Below, piece after piece: positions 15,504 to 16,000 of a stretch of 16,000 nt of DNA (the stretch's first letter is position 1; every line of letters starts with the position of its first letter). The notes beneath the pieces are model-generated. The model was given only the letters and a program-made list of their open reading frames with translations. It was not told the origin of the DNA and ran no database searches. The translations under genes and the position numbers were made by a program. This DNA is from Pseudoalteromonas sp. SSM20. Lineage in GTDB: Bacteria > Pseudomonadota > Gammaproteobacteria > Enterobacterales > Alteromonadaceae. The DNA lies in NCBI RefSeq assembly GCF_049257255.1, contig NZ_JBMMUG010000007.1, forward strand, positions 237,535-253,534. The letters run 5' to 3'.

Positions 15504-15531
15504 TTAATGGGTTATGGTAAGACCATGTATA

Positions 15532-16000
15532 TTATTTGATAGAATCTAAGTACAAAAACCATTCTCGTTGATATTGTGAAAGTTTTTGATGTTTTTTGCT
15601 TGCTAAGTGTCTCTTTCCATTTTCATCTGAACTATAAGGTCCAACACGACATAGCGCACAATATTTATCATTTATAAATTTAAAAGGTGTAAACACTTTC
15701 AAAATGTCATCGTCTTGCGGTTTATCAGAATAGGCATATATAAAACCTTCTGTGTCTTTTACTTTCTTATCTCTATCCACATTGCGAATTTGATAATCAG
15801 GGAAAAGAGCATAATCAAAAACCTGTTTGCCCATGTGGGTAATATTTGTATCGACAGTTAAATCGGTTTCAATTTGCCAATGAAGATAGGGTTTTACCTC
15901 TTTTGATGTGATGTAACTTAAACGCAATCCATTTTCATCAAGAAAATAATTAAAACACGCCTTTAGGTAATCTCTTAATAAAGCACGATTAACAATGTTT
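15532..16000 (-). CDS. C-terminal part of an uncharacterised protein ending in a C2H2 (U1/zf-met-like) zinc-finger motif; the 5' end lies beyond the right window edge
   Basis: The reading frame stays open upstream of the track's TTG (15927) to nt 16000: ...NIVNRALLRDYLKACFNYFLDENG-LRLSYITSK.... The C-terminus carries KYCALCRVGPYSSDENGKRHLASKKHQKLSQY, i.e. C-x2-C-x13-H-x5-H (nt 15589-15660). Confidence 0.55.
   Translation of the reverse strand, partial: NIVNRALLRDYLKACFNYFLDENGLRLSYITSKEVKPYLHWQIETDLTVDTNITHMGKQVFDYALFPDYQIRNVDRDKKVKDTEGFIYAYSDKPQDDDILKVFTPFKFINDKYCALCRVGPYSSDENGKRHLASKKHQKLSQYQREWFLYLDSIK

Noticed and set aside
15925-15927. TTG at 15927 as the true start of a 131-aa protein
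   Set aside because: The frame remains open for 24 further codons to the window edge with a sensible sequence. I found no RBS upstream of the TTG, so I treat the ORF as 5'-truncated by the window.
1-16000. CRISPR arrays, tRNA/rRNA genes, IS elements, toxin-antitoxin pairs and known defence operons
   Set aside because: I saw no regularly spaced repeats, cloverleaf-capable conserved tRNA motifs, transposase-like ORFs or small adjacent two-gene modules. All intergenic spacers are 270 bp or shorter and are accounted for by terminators and promoter regions.

Overview
This looks like a chromosomal segment from a low-GC marine gammaproteobacterium; the Alteromonadales-like assignment is a guess from composition and gene content only. 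All family calls come from motifs read by eye, with no searches run. It is mostly housekeeping or accessory-metabolic genes, tightly packed and separated by clear rho-independent terminators. Left to right: the 5' part of a secreted subtilisin-like S8 protease (-, runs off the left edge); a CPA1-type cation/proton antiporter (-) translationally coupled to an upstream tyrosine-recombinase-like ORF that lacks recognisable catalytic residues (-); SelO/YdiU protein adenylyltransferase (+); a small membrane-anchored degenerate GGDEF protein (+); a small Cys-containing membrane protein (-); two tandem bacterioferritin genes with complementary loss of the heme ligand and the ferroxidase site (+); fadE preceded by a FadR-type operator (+); a cytochrome b562-like periplasmic protein (+); a small outer-membrane beta-barrel protein (+); an uncharacterised 201-aa ORF (-) whose start codon abuts a perfect 40-bp palindrome carrying a near-consensus LexA SOS box; a plant-type-looking dapA (+); a DEAD-box helicase, RhlE-like (+); an AbgT-family transporter (-); and the 3' part of an ORF open to the right edge (-) that ends in a eukaryote-style C2H2 (U1/zf-met-like) zinc-finger motif. 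I saw no rRNA, tRNA, CRISPR array, transposase or canonical defence operon. The best candidates for undescribed biology are the SOS-box-controlled orphan gene, the edge-truncated zinc-finger protein, and the dead-recombinase/antiporter pair. None is proven from sequence alone.
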